DNA from: Dehalococcoidia bacterium
Lineage (GTDB): Bacteria; Chloroflexota; Dehalococcoidia; SpSt-223
Direction of reading: 5' to 3'
Length of the DNA: 64,000 nt
NCBI GenBank assembly: GCA_026003895.1
Contig: BPIC01000007.1
Location: 108,440 to 172,439 of the forward strand
A model generated the notes under the pieces. That model ran no database searches and had not been told where the DNA came from. It worked only from the letters and a program-made list of their open reading frames with translations. The translations under genes were made by a program, and so were the position numbers. Positions 50,786 through 59,952 of the stretch are shown here, in pieces. Each line of letters opens with the position of its first letter. Position 1 is the stretch's first letter.

Positions 50786-51937
50786 CTATCGCCTTTTTCC
50801 TGAAGCACCCCACGAAGCGTCTCGCTGGGTCGGGACGCGGAAGCTGATATCGCGAACTCTCACGTAGTGCACGATAAGCGTTATGCTGTCGCCAGCGTCT
50901 TTATCGCTAGGAACGTCTTGACTGTTCACGATCGGCCCAGCCAGTCCACTTGGCTCGTGACGCGCGCGCCAGCCGCCTTTGCTGGTCCGCTCCTCGAGGA
51001 GAACTGCTTCGACGATTTCATGCGACTTCGGCAGTGGTCCGGCGCTGCGAGACGTTCTGGTCCCCACTCGACTGAGCCTCCCGTACCCAGCGCTTGTCTT
51101 GGCTCCAACGCCCCACGTCCTAAGGGCATCGAGCAGGAGACTCTCCGCGAGGGCCGTCCAGTCTGGCGGGCCTGAAAGCGCGATGAGGAGACGAATGCCG
51201 GGCCGCACGGTGAGAAACGAGACCGGGTTCGGGCTGTCGTAATCGTTGGGCCACGGCCCGTCTCTCCGGTTTGGCGCGTTGTGTGCATCGTAATAGCTCT
51301 TCTGATGGACGGTCAGCACATCGACCGCGAAGGGCGGGCCACTGTCTGGCACGTACAGCGCGTCGTGAAACGTGACAAGACCAGCGGCCGCTCCACTGGC
51401 CAGTTCGGGCATGTTGTCAGCGTCGTCGTTGTCGGTCTCGGGTGCGCCGAAGAGGGCACGATAAACATCGCCCGGTCCCCGGCGGATTCGTCGACCCTGC
51501 CAGATCACCCCGCGAAACCGTTGGCGTGCCGCATCGCTCGCCGAATCGTCAGGGCTTGGGCCATAAACGGCGTCGACGTAGTGCGCGAGGAGGCCTTTGA
51601 GCGCCGATCCCGGAATGACCGGCACGCCCCACGTGTGATGGACGGTCAGCCCGACATCGGTGGCGCTGGAGTTCCCGTGACCAACGAGCAGCCGGCTCTC
51701 AAGCGTGACTTCGCTCATCCGGTCGCCTTCGGCGTTGAAACTGGCTTTCCACCGCTCAAAGAAGCGCCTGTAGTCAGCATCGACCGTGATGGCCGCGACC
51801 TTCTCCAGCCATCCCTGTCGCTCGGCATCTGGCACTTTGCCATCCTTCGGGTCGACGGGCGCCCACGCATCGTAGGCAAGGGCGAGGTGGCTCGGCAGAC
51901 CACCCGACTTGACGACCTCTGCCAACTCCTTGCGCAT
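50786..51937 (-). CDS. cmr6: type III-B RAMP protein Cmr6
   Basis: HHTWGVPVIPGSALKG, FHDA, DVLTVHQ..YY, DSPNPVSFLTV, WGVGAKTSAGYG. Confidence 0.93.
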   Translation of the reverse strand: MRKELAEVVKSGGLPSHLALAYDAWAPVDPKDGKVPDAERQGWLEKVAAITVDADYRRFFERWKASFNAEGDRMSEVTLESRLLVGHGNSSATDVGLTVHHTWGVPVIPGSALKGLLAHYVDAVYGPSPDDSASDAARQRFRGVIWQGRRIRRGPGDVYRALFGAPETDNDDADNMPELASGAAAGLVTFHDALYVPDSGPPFAVDVLTVHQKSYYDAHNAPNRRDGPWPNDYDSPNPVSFLTVRPGIRLLIALSGPPDWTALAESLLLDALRTWGVGAKTSAGYGRLSRVGTRTSRSAGPLPKSHEIVEAVLLEERTSKGGWRARHEPSGLAGPIVNSQDVPSDKDAGDSITLIVHYVRVRDISFRVPTQRDASWGASGKRR

Positions 51938-51938
51938 C

Positions 51939-52340
51939 TCACTCTCCCTTCGTGTCGAACGTGGCTTGGGCGGCTCGTTTCAGCCAAGCTGCGACCCGCA
52001 GCATCTCGCGTGTTGCCAAGATGTAGGCATCGGTGTCGAGGCTGCGGACCTTCTCGACGAGGGTCGATTTGTCAACCCCTTCGAGGCCGGGCACGCCCGC
52101 CGTCGCGAGGTGGTGCAAGACTATCTCGCCCCGCGGTCCGAGCCGTTGGAGCGCGGCCAGCGCCGCGCACAGTCCGCCGCGAAGGATATTGGCCCCAAGG
52201 TCATTGATGGCGATTTTGTAGTCATTCTGATCGCCGGGTTGGACACGCGCGACGCAGGCGTATGCATGGCGGGCACGCTGCTGATCCCGAAAGACCGTCT
52301 GTGGAGTGTCGGGAGAAGTCCGGTGGACGGTGGTGGTCAT
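51939..52340 (-). CDS. cmr5: type III-B small subunit Cmr5 (Cas11)
   Basis: DQQRARHAY, ILRGGL, Y.LATRE.L....WLKR; AAGGAG RBS; position between cmr4 and cmr6. Confidence 0.9.
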   Translation of the reverse strand: MTTTVHRTSPDTPQTVFRDQQRARHAYACVARVQPGDQNDYKIAINDLGANILRGGLCAALAALQRLGPRGEIVLHHLATAGVPGLEGVDKSTLVEKVRSLDTDAYILATREMLRVAAWLKRAAQATFDTKGE

Positions 52341-52353
52341 CGTCGTCTTCTCC

Positions 52354-53205
52354 TTAGTTGATCGGGATGAGTCGGCAGCGGCCGTGGCCAGTCGTCGCCT
52401 TGCCGCCGATTTGCACGATTTCCTCGCCCGGAAGCCCAAGCTCCGCGACCGCTTCGGGGGAAAGCGGCGCCGCCTTGCCATTGGTACGGCTGCGGTCCGC
52501 TGTCAGCAGGGCGATCAAGACGGTCTCCGGCGGCAGGCTTTCTTGGAGCCAGAGCGCACCTTGGTCGACGGTTCGCGTTTCAGGGTTCAATCGAACGTGA
52601 GCATCGACTTGAGTGCCAGTCTCCATGAAGAAGGCCATCGTGTCGTCGTCGACGATCACGAAGCGTTTGGAGAGGATGTCGTCACCGGGCGACACCAATG
52701 GGGCAAGGAACCTTGCCCAGCTGGTGGCCTCTTGCGATGGCTTTGCCTCAAGCTGGATCTCATCGAGGTAGACATGTGCGCCGTGGAGCACACTGCTTCC
52801 GGTTGTGACGAGCGCCCGCCGGCCATCGATCGCCGGAACCGGTAGTTCGCGACCCCGTTCGCCAAGGTCGCGCTTGGCGAGGCTCAGCAGCAGCGGCGAG
52901 GTCGTCCAAGCGAAGACACCGCGAAAGCTGCGGACCGGCATCGCCAGCAGGCGCGCATCCGACAGCGAAAGGGCGCCAGCGTGCTCGCCTGCCCGACGTG
53001 TTGGCGGCCCGAAGACGGCCTCCAGCCGACCTTCATCCTCGTTTCGGCGGGCGTCGCGCAGCACGCCCTTGAGTGATGAACCCGGGACAATCGGAATACC
53101 GGTTGCCTTCAATCGCGCCGTCGGCAGGTCGATGATATCCGCCGCCTGACCGATCCCAGCATGGAGTGGCGACAGGGCGTGGACAAGGAATGGACGGACA
53201 ATCAT
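52354..53205 (-). CDS. cmr4: type III-B backbone nuclease Cmr4
   Basis: LSPLHAG.G, IDLP (catalytic Asp present), PGSSLKGVLR, DARLL.MPVRS, GALW..ESLP, QIGGKATTGHG. Confidence 0.95.
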   Translation of the reverse strand: MIVRPFLVHALSPLHAGIGQAADIIDLPTARLKATGIPIVPGSSLKGVLRDARRNEDEGRLEAVFGPPTRRAGEHAGALSLSDARLLAMPVRSFRGVFAWTTSPLLLSLAKRDLGERGRELPVPAIDGRRALVTTGSSVLHGAHVYLDEIQLEAKPSQEATSWARFLAPLVSPGDDILSKRFVIVDDDTMAFFMETGTQVDAHVRLNPETRTVDQGALWLQESLPPETVLIALLTADRSRTNGKAAPLSPEAVAELGLPGEEIVQIGGKATTGHGRCRLIPIN

Positions 53206-54365
53206 GAGTTCCTCCTTGCAGGTGTCCAAACTCCGGGGACGATGCGACCGCACCCTTGGCTCGGGCGTGATCCGAGCTGGGCAAGCCAGAGCGCTCGGGC
53301 GTCGGCGTCGGTGAAGACCCCGCCGTCGGCACGTTCGAAGAAATAGACGGCGCCGGGAGGAACGAGGCGATCCGACCGCTTGGCGGCGCCATCTTTGACA
53401 GCCCAGCCCGACACTTCGAAGGGCCGCGGGACGAAGGCGGCCCGGAGCACGAGATCCACCTCGAGTCCCCGTAGCCGGCCGCGGTAAGTCCTCGTTTCGT
53501 CGTCGCGCTGCAGACCGTTGGGAAGCCAGCCCCGCCGGAACCACGCCGGCGTGATGACAATGATCCGCAACCCTCGGCTTCCGGACCGAAACGCCTCAAG
53601 GAGGTCCTTGGGCGGCGCGAAGACTTCCCGTGGCAAGGGTTCGACGGCAGCGAGGCGTGCGTCGGCGCCGATCGTCGCCCAGCGCGGTGACCCGCTGGGG
53701 GCGGTGACCTCAGCGCCGATTGCCCATTCGGTCGTGCGATCAATTGTCTCCACGACGTCGTGTGAGTAGAGCTGGCGGTCGACGGCGGTGTAGGTGGCGG
53801 GGTCAATGGTGACATGAGTTTGGACCCGCTTCACCAGCCGGACGCGATCCCGTCGAACAGAGATCGGACGCCCTGCGAGCCAATCGATGAAGTCCTCGTC
53901 GGACAGCCATGCCGGTGGGGGCTCAGGTTTCTGCTTATCGTCCAACTGTGGACGCCAGAGCGCCTCGCGGGCGTCGTCGTCGTCGCGTCCGAGGGTAGGG
54001 ACATCGCTCGGCACTGGCTCGAGGCGCGACACCAGTTTCTGCTTTGGGATCCAGCGGGCATCCGCCGGCGTCGGCCACATTCGGTGGTTCGGCGCCCACG
54101 CTGCTCCATAGGGCCGGCGAAGGGCGAGCGTGGGTCCGAGCGTGACGGCTGCGGATTGGTTCGACCACTCGTCTGGCTGGAGCGCATGGCCGCGCCGCGC
54201 TTCTTCAGCGCGTCCCCACGCGGTCCGGAGCGCCCCAAGCACCGTTTGCGGCCAAGGCCAGTCGAGCGCATGCCCCCGGTTTAAGGCGCTCGTGAACCAG
54301 CCGCGTCCATCCTTACAGAACAGACCGTCGCGAGGAACAAGCGCGAGATGGACGGTCTCCGTCAT
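53202..54365 (-). CDS. cmr3: type III-B Cmr3 (Cas5-like)
   Basis: PRDGLFCKDGR, PWPQTVLGALR, VSGW, VPPGAVYF, QGCG; 4-nt overlaps with both neighbours. Confidence 0.9.
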   Translation of the reverse strand: MTETVHLALVPRDGLFCKDGRGWFTSALNRGHALDWPWPQTVLGALRTAWGRAEEARRGHALQPDEWSNQSAAVTLGPTLALRRPYGAAWAPNHRMWPTPADARWIPKQKLVSRLEPVPSDVPTLGRDDDDAREALWRPQLDDKQKPEPPPAWLSDEDFIDWLAGRPISVRRDRVRLVKRVQTHVTIDPATYTAVDRQLYSHDVVETIDRTTEWAIGAEVTAPSGSPRWATIGADARLAAVEPLPREVFAPPKDLLEAFRSGSRGLRIIVITPAWFRRGWLPNGLQRDDETRTYRGRLRGLEVDLVLRAAFVPRPFEVSGWAVKDGAAKRSDRLVPPGAVYFFERADGGVFTDADARALWLAQLGSRPSQGCGRIVPGVWTPARRNS

Positions 54366-56176
54366 TGATCCTCCTGAACGCGTTCGGCGCCGGGCCGCGC
54401 CATCTCAAGCACCCGGGCCAGCAGCATGCGGTTCACCCACCGCTCGACCGCTTCACGGTCCTTGGCATATTCCCCCGGGAACGCCAAGTCGACATCGCTG
54501 GGAGTGAAAGCGCTCTCGCCCGTCCGCGCGAGCGCTCGCCTTACTTCGCCAACGAGCAAGGCCGCCCAGCTCTGGTCCTCGCTGGGGCCTACCTTCGCTG
54601 GCAGCCGGCGGAGAATGGCGCCGATCTCGTAGACCTTGCCTGAGGAGAGGCCCTTCCTGAACAGCTCCGTCGATTGGTGGAGCTGACGCACGGGGTCTCC
54701 ATCCCAACTCGATCGCCACGTTCGCTTATCACCCGAACGGCGATCGACGATGACTGCGAGGGCGTTCCGGTCTGTCTTCGCCGCTCCCTCGGCCTCACGG
54801 GCGAGGTTGAGAAGATCGCCCATCCCCTCCATGACGTGACCGATGCCGATGCCGACCGAAAGAGTCGGCTTCAAGCCGTCGGGCAGGCTTGTCTCGGCCA
54901 TCGCGGCGGCAAACCGGGTCCGGAGCGCATCTGCACATGCCACCGCGCGCGTGACGGGCACGATGGCCAGCACATCGTCGCTACCTGAGTAGATGAGTGC
55001 TCCGCGGTGGTCGACCTCGACGATCTGCCGGGCGGCACTGGCGAACTCGGCGAGCGTTTTCGAGAATGCCCGAAGGGAATCTGGCGACGTGAGCGTGTCG
55101 AGTGCTTGGCCCACGCGGTCGCCGTCGGCCACGAGGAAGGCGACATAGGGAAAAGGAACCTTCGCCTTCTTGAGCACGGGTAGAACATACCTCTCGCCCC
55201 ATTCCAGTGGGTCTCGCGCGAGGCCCTGTTCCTTGAACACCGATGGCCAGCGGTCAGGAAAGAAGATGCTGGCGTCGAATTGGAACGGCTTGACGCAGGG
55301 GAGATCTCGGACGACTCGAGAAAGGCCTCGCTTCACCGCGTTCGGTGACGACGCGCCGTCCTCGGTTTTGTGCTCAATCTCCCGGGCAGCGTGGATGAGA
55401 TTCGTCAGCTCGTCCCGGGCAATTTCCTCTGCGTAGGCAACCCAGTCCGCGACGGCAACGTTGACGATCGGGACGAATTGGTCCGGGTCTCCGCCCGCGC
55501 GTTTGATCAGCCCGACCGCGTCGAGATTCTCTCCATCGCCAATCCGATATCTCGCCGCGAGATCCTTGTCTCGGTCTTCTCGTTTGCGGAGGACGGTCTT
55601 GCGTGCACCGTCGAGGCTGGAACTCGGGACGTCTCCCCGTTGCCATTCCCAGGCGCGAAAGTCGCGCAGCAGCTTCCGTCCATCGACCGCTTGGCTGACC
55701 TTACGCCGGGCCTCAACGAAATTGTCGGCCGGCGCCCAAGCAGCGGTGAATTCGAGGAACGTCTCGATCTGCTCGTTCCAAACATCGTCGATGCCGTCGG
55801 AGATGAGCCTGCGACAGCGTTGCCGCACGCGGTCGGCGATGGCGGTGCGCCAGAAGGCCTTGGTCTCTTCACGGACGACCCGGGCAATCGCCGCTGGATC
55901 GGAACCTTCGGGAGTCAGCGCAAGCAGCTTGTTCGGGATCGCCTGCGGCGGATCTCCGTTAGGCCGGAGCGGCTGATCACAACGTTCGAGTTCCGAATCC
56001 CCGGGGGCAAGGGCCGGAAAGACGAGCTGGGCGTCCTGCTTGACCAACGCGCGTGCTGCTGCCCGGCTGAGCTCGGACAACACATGGCTGCCGTACCACA
56101 GGTCACGCGTCCGGCGCGCTTGGGCAATGAAGCCCTGCACTGGCCCAAGAGTGACGAGCAAGAGGTAGCGCGTCAT
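54362..56176 (-). CDS. cas10: type III-B Cas10/Cmr2, 604 aa, no HD domain, Palm2 motif GSDD
   Basis: GPVQGFIAQARRTRDLWYGS, PYVAFLVADGDRVG, LIYSGSDDVLA, PTLSVG; ATG 56176 overlaps the cmr1 stop. Confidence 0.93.
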   Translation of the reverse strand: MTRYLLLVTLGPVQGFIAQARRTRDLWYGSHVLSELSRAAARALVKQDAQLVFPALAPGDSELERCDQPLRPNGDPPQAIPNKLLALTPEGSDPAAIARVVREETKAFWRTAIADRVRQRCRRLISDGIDDVWNEQIETFLEFTAAWAPADNFVEARRKVSQAVDGRKLLRDFRAWEWQRGDVPSSSLDGARKTVLRKREDRDKDLAARYRIGDGENLDAVGLIKRAGGDPDQFVPIVNVAVADWVAYAEEIARDELTNLIHAAREIEHKTEDGASSPNAVKRGLSRVVRDLPCVKPFQFDASIFFPDRWPSVFKEQGLARDPLEWGERYVLPVLKKAKVPFPYVAFLVADGDRVGQALDTLTSPDSLRAFSKTLAEFASAARQIVEVDHRGALIYSGSDDVLAIVPVTRAVACADALRTRFAAAMAETSLPDGLKPTLSVGIGIGHVMEGMGDLLNLAREAEGAAKTDRNALAVIVDRRSGDKRTWRSSWDGDPVRQLHQSTELFRKGLSSGKVYEIGAILRRLPAKVGPSEDQSWAALLVGEVRRALARTGESAFTPSDVDLAFPGEYAKDREAVERWVNRMLLARVLEMARPGAERVQEDQ

Positions 56177-57516
56177 CGGACCACCACCTTGGCGCGGCCG
56201 GTCGCGACGAGCCAATCGAGGAAGGCATCGCGCAGCGTCTTCTTGCCCGCTAATGGCTTGAAGCGCGGCGTGTCGCCCGGTGCGACGAGTCGGTCGAACG
56301 GCGCCTTGGAGTGAGAGATGCCCCGCACGAACACGCTTGATCCCGGCGGCATTGCCCGATTGAGCCACAGTGCGATCGGGACGAACCGTCCGTTCGCCAA
56401 GGCGAGCGGCTTGACGATGAGCGGGCTGGCGAGGCGATCGTGCTCAATGTTCCCGGACGACCAGAGAAGCTCAAATCCGTCAGGCTCATCGAGCCGTTTC
56501 CCGTTTCGCCCATCCTTGTGAAATCGTCCAATGATGGGCAAGCCGAACCCGGCGCGTGGCCAAGCTGGCTCCGCGTTATGGTTGGGTTTGTGGCCACGGG
56601 TCTTGTTAGTGAGGTGACGCACCTTGTCGGCCTCCGGCCAGTTGGAGATCGACGCCCGTTTCCCCCCTTGGGGGTCGGGTTCGCGGGCGCGGTCGCCACG
56701 ACTGCCCGTCGTTCCTTGCCGAAAGTCCCGAAGCCAGCCAAGCGCCGTGGTCCATGCGGTGACGGCCTTGTCCTGTGGCGTGGCGGCGAGGAGGCTCGCG
56801 CCGGCGAGCAGCGGCGTCTCTCGTACGACTGGGGGGGTGGCGAAGAGGTCACGGCCAAAAAGCTGCTGGATCGCCTCACGGCTAGCCGCGGCCGGTAGCC
56901 ACTGTTCTTTGTGTGAGACGGCTGCGAGGCTGCCCACGCCGCGCCGCGTCCGACTGCCATAGCCGCCAAAGAGCAGCCAAGCCCGAACGGTGTTGCGTAC
57001 TTCGCTCTCGCGGTCCGCCGGCGCGGCGATTGCAAGGAGAAATCGGATTCCTTCGCGCCAGCGTGGCGCAGCCGGATCCTTCACTCTCCCTTGCTCCCCC
57101 GTCTCGCGAGCAGGCCAAAGTGCATAGGCGCCGGTGTCGCTCAACTGGACATTACTCTCGTCTTTCTGCCGCTGCTGCTCGACCGCGGTCCGAATTTCGA
57201 CCGCCGAGCGCCCGCCGTCTTCGGCTGCGGCGCGGCCCCACAACGCGCTTTCCGCAGCGAACAATGCGTCCGCGGTCGGATAGTTCTGGCCGTAGAGCGC
57301 CCGCCACCAGAAGCGCAGGTGACCGCGCACCGTCGCTGGGCGAATGACATCGATCTCGTCGACTGTGCGGGGTCGAACGCTCCCGCCCAAGATGGGCGTG
57401 ACGACCTCCACCGAGACCTCGAAGCGTTTCAGGAGGGGTCCGGCGCGCGCCGCCCGTTCCCGCGGCTCTGGGAGGTCGGTAAACGACGGTGCGCTGGGGT
57501 AGTTGCATTTGGCCAT
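56173..57516 (-). CDS. cmr1: type III-B RAMP protein Cmr1
   Basis: VTPILGG, VRGHLRFWWRA, FGGYGSRTRRGVG, RAGFGLP, RLASPL; GGAGGAG RBS. Confidence 0.93.
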   Translation of the reverse strand: MAKCNYPSAPSFTDLPEPRERAARAGPLLKRFEVSVEVVTPILGGSVRPRTVDEIDVIRPATVRGHLRFWWRALYGQNYPTADALFAAESALWGRAAAEDGGRSAVEIRTAVEQQRQKDESNVQLSDTGAYALWPARETGEQGRVKDPAAPRWREGIRFLLAIAAPADRESEVRNTVRAWLLFGGYGSRTRRGVGSLAAVSHKEQWLPAAASREAIQQLFGRDLFATPPVVRETPLLAGASLLAATPQDKAVTAWTTALGWLRDFRQGTTGSRGDRAREPDPQGGKRASISNWPEADKVRHLTNKTRGHKPNHNAEPAWPRAGFGLPIIGRFHKDGRNGKRLDEPDGFELLWSSGNIEHDRLASPLIVKPLALANGRFVPIALWLNRAMPPGSSVFVRGISHSKAPFDRLVAPGDTPRFKPLAGKKTLRDAFLDWLVATGRAKVVVR

Positions 57517-57800
57517 GCTGCTCCTCCCCGTTGGACGTTGGGTACTCTTGGTATTTGCCTTCCGAAGCTGGGAGCCGAAGTGCGACAGCCTTTGGGCCTA
57601 TCGCTTGTCGGACCAGTTTATTGCATTGACCCGGGCAGACGACCAACAACGAACGGGTCGGTTGATGGCCGGGCCACAGCATCAGGGCTACGCCGGTATT
57701 CGGCATGTCGCTTGCTTCTCGACGTCATCCTGCCGCCGAGGGCGACCCCGCTCCCTGATGGCGGCGCGCTTCCGACGTTCGATGCTCCGATCGGCCGAGC

Positions 57801-57829
57801 TTGAGCGGCGGCTGAACATGCTGTACACT
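57801..57829 (+). promoter_or_regulatory. candidate sigma70-type promoter for the helicase genes
   Basis: TTGAGC-17 bp-TACACT at the edge of an AT-rich patch in the divergent intergenic region. Confidence 0.45.
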
Positions 57830-58041
57830 AGATTATCTGTTCGATAGTACTGATATCACAGCGTTCTGATAGGCGGCGGTGCGCTCCGCTACCTTGCCGG
57901 CTGCGAGCAGCCGACGGTCGAGCGCGACGGGGTTAGCGCGGCTGCTGTCAATCGGGCGAGCAAGAGGGGGAGAAGAGGTTCACTCTCGGGGAACTCAGTG
58001 TCGGCGTTCCGGTTGAAGACAATGCAAACGGCGAGGGGACG

Positions 58042-59739
58042 ATGAACCAGCAGAATCAAACAGTCGCAGTTCCTCCTTCCTCTGATGCGCTCGCGGAAGC
58101 GGCGCGCCGATTGGCCGAGGCGTATCCTGGTCTCTATGGACATCAGCAGAGCGGGATCGCCTTCTTGCTCTCTCGCCGTCGCGCCATCCTTGCGGACGAC
58201 ATGGGGCTGGGCAAGACGCGTCAAGCCATTATTGCCATGCGTGAGGCGGCGCCGGCTGGCCCGTTCCTTGTGGTTTGTCCTGCGGGGGTCAAGTTGACGT
58301 GGCGGCACGAGATTCTGGCGATCGAGCCAGATGCCCAGATTGCCGTCATCGCCAATGGCAGCGACTGGCAGGCCGGGTCACGCTGGACAATCGTCAACTA
58401 CGACCTGCTCGGTAAGGTAGAAGACGCGCTGCTGACGACGCCGTGGGCCGGCATCGTGGTGGACGAGGCCCATTACATCAAGAACGACAGCCAGCGAACG
58501 ACCCGCGTCTTGCGGCTGCTGGGGGTCGGCAGCGGGCGGCAACCGGCGGGCGATCCGGAGGTCGTGTATCTCCTGACCGGAACGCCGATGGCCAACCGGC
58601 CACGTGATCTGTTCAATCTGCTCAAAGCCGTCCGGCACCCGCTGAGCAAGAGCTTCTACGCCTACGCGGTTCGGTACTGCGCTGCCCAAGACAATGGCTT
58701 CGGACTCGACACGCGAGGCGCATCAAACCTCGAGGAGCTCGCCCAGTTGATCAGCGGAGTGATGCTTCGTCGGACGAAAGATGAGGCGCTGGACCTTCCG
58801 CCGAAGATCCGCACATGGCAGGAGATTGAGATTGCCAGCAAGAAGGTTCGGCAGCTTGAGGCGCGTGCCATCAGCTTCTTCGAAGCCCATCCGGCCACCA
58901 GCGGACCGACCTGGACGCAGTTTCTCGGGCTGCTGAACACTGCGCGGCATGCCCTTGCAGAGGCGAAAGTTCCCCACACCATCGAGGCGGTACGGGAACG
59001 GCTTGAGGCTGACGAGAAAGTGGTCGTCTTTACGAACTACTCGGTTGTCGTCCAACGACTCAAGGAGGAATTTGGCGAGGTAGCGCTGACGATCACCGGC
59101 GACACGCCGGTCGCAGCGCGTCAGGCAGCTGCCGATGCGCTGCAGCATGACCCGGCACGGCGCGTGTTGGTCGGCAATCTGATCGCGGCGGGAGTGGGGC
59201 TCACGCTCACTGCCGCCACGCACGTGATCTTCAACGACCTCGACTGGGTGCCCGCGAACCATTGGCAAGCCGAGGATCGCATCTACCGGATCGGGCAAAC
59301 GCGGCCGGCGTTTATCACGTACCTCGTTGCTTCCGAAACGCTGGATGACTTCGTTGCAACGGTCCTTGAGGACAAAGCGCGCGCAATCGGCATGTTGGAG
59401 GAGTACGCGGCGGACCATGCCTCGGTCGTCGAACAGGTTGTCCAAGCGGCCGTTCGGGGCGAGCGCCCGGAACGCCCACTGCCGCGCTACCAGCCGCCGA
59501 GCGACCGCGGCACTGTCGGCGTCCTCGGCGACGTGCTCGAATTGTTGGCCAAGGCGCGGCGTGGTCTCGCCTCAGCCGGGTCAGGCGAGCAGACCTTTAC
59601 GTTCCCCAGCTCCTCCCGACCAGATCACGTCCATACGGTGACCGTCTCCGACGGAGTGGCACGCTGCACCTGTGAAGGGTTCGCCTACCGCGGCACGTGC
59701 AAGCATACGCGCGAGGTCGTCAGTCGCCTCTCTTCCTGA
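58042..59739 (+). CDS. SNF2-family ATPase with C-terminal SWIM zinc finger
   Basis: LADDMGLGKT, VDEAH, LTGTP..N, MLRRTK, AGVGLTL, QAEDRIYRIGQ; C-terminal CTCEGFAYRGTCKH. Confidence 0.9.
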   Translation: MNQQNQTVAVPPSSDALAEAARRLAEAYPGLYGHQQSGIAFLLSRRRAILADDMGLGKTRQAIIAMREAAPAGPFLVVCPAGVKLTWRHEILAIEPDAQIAVIANGSDWQAGSRWTIVNYDLLGKVEDALLTTPWAGIVVDEAHYIKNDSQRTTRVLRLLGVGSGRQPAGDPEVVYLLTGTPMANRPRDLFNLLKAVRHPLSKSFYAYAVRYCAAQDNGFGLDTRGASNLEELAQLISGVMLRRTKDEALDLPPKIRTWQEIEIASKKVRQLEARAISFFEAHPATSGPTWTQFLGLLNTARHALAEAKVPHTIEAVRERLEADEKVVVFTNYSVVVQRLKEEFGEVALTITGDTPVAARQAAADALQHDPARRVLVGNLIAAGVGLTLTAATHVIFNDLDWVPANHWQAEDRIYRIGQTRPAFITYLVASETLDDFVATVLEDKARAIGMLEEYAADHASVVEQVVQAAVRGERPERPLPRYQPPSDRGTVGVLGDVLELLAKARRGLASAGSGEQTFTFPSSSRPDHVHTVTVSDGVARCTCEGFAYRGTCKHTREVVSRLSS

Positions 59740-59952
59740 CCGTCGAGGGGATGTTTCGGGAGAACATGCCTGTCCTGTCCCGGCCTCGCCCTGAGCCCGC
59801 CGACCATCCTCCATCTTGGTAGGCCGGACTCTTGCATGTGAGGAGTCGTGACGATACAGCCTCATCGCGCCTTCGAACGGTGGACCGGTACCTTCGGTTC
59901 TTAGTAGAGTAGTTGGCACGTCAAGTTGAACCCCGTTGGCAAGGAGCGATTT

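Noticed and set aside
52354-56368. Long N-terminal extensions of Cmr4, Cmr5 and Cas10 in the ORF track
   Set aside because: They overlap upstream genes; internal ATGs with RBS or stop/start overlaps (53205, 52340, 56176) fit the family N-termini.
57517-58041. CRISPR array or leader upstream of cmr1
   Set aside because: No recurring 25-40 bp repeat with regular spacing found by eye here or at 59740-59952.
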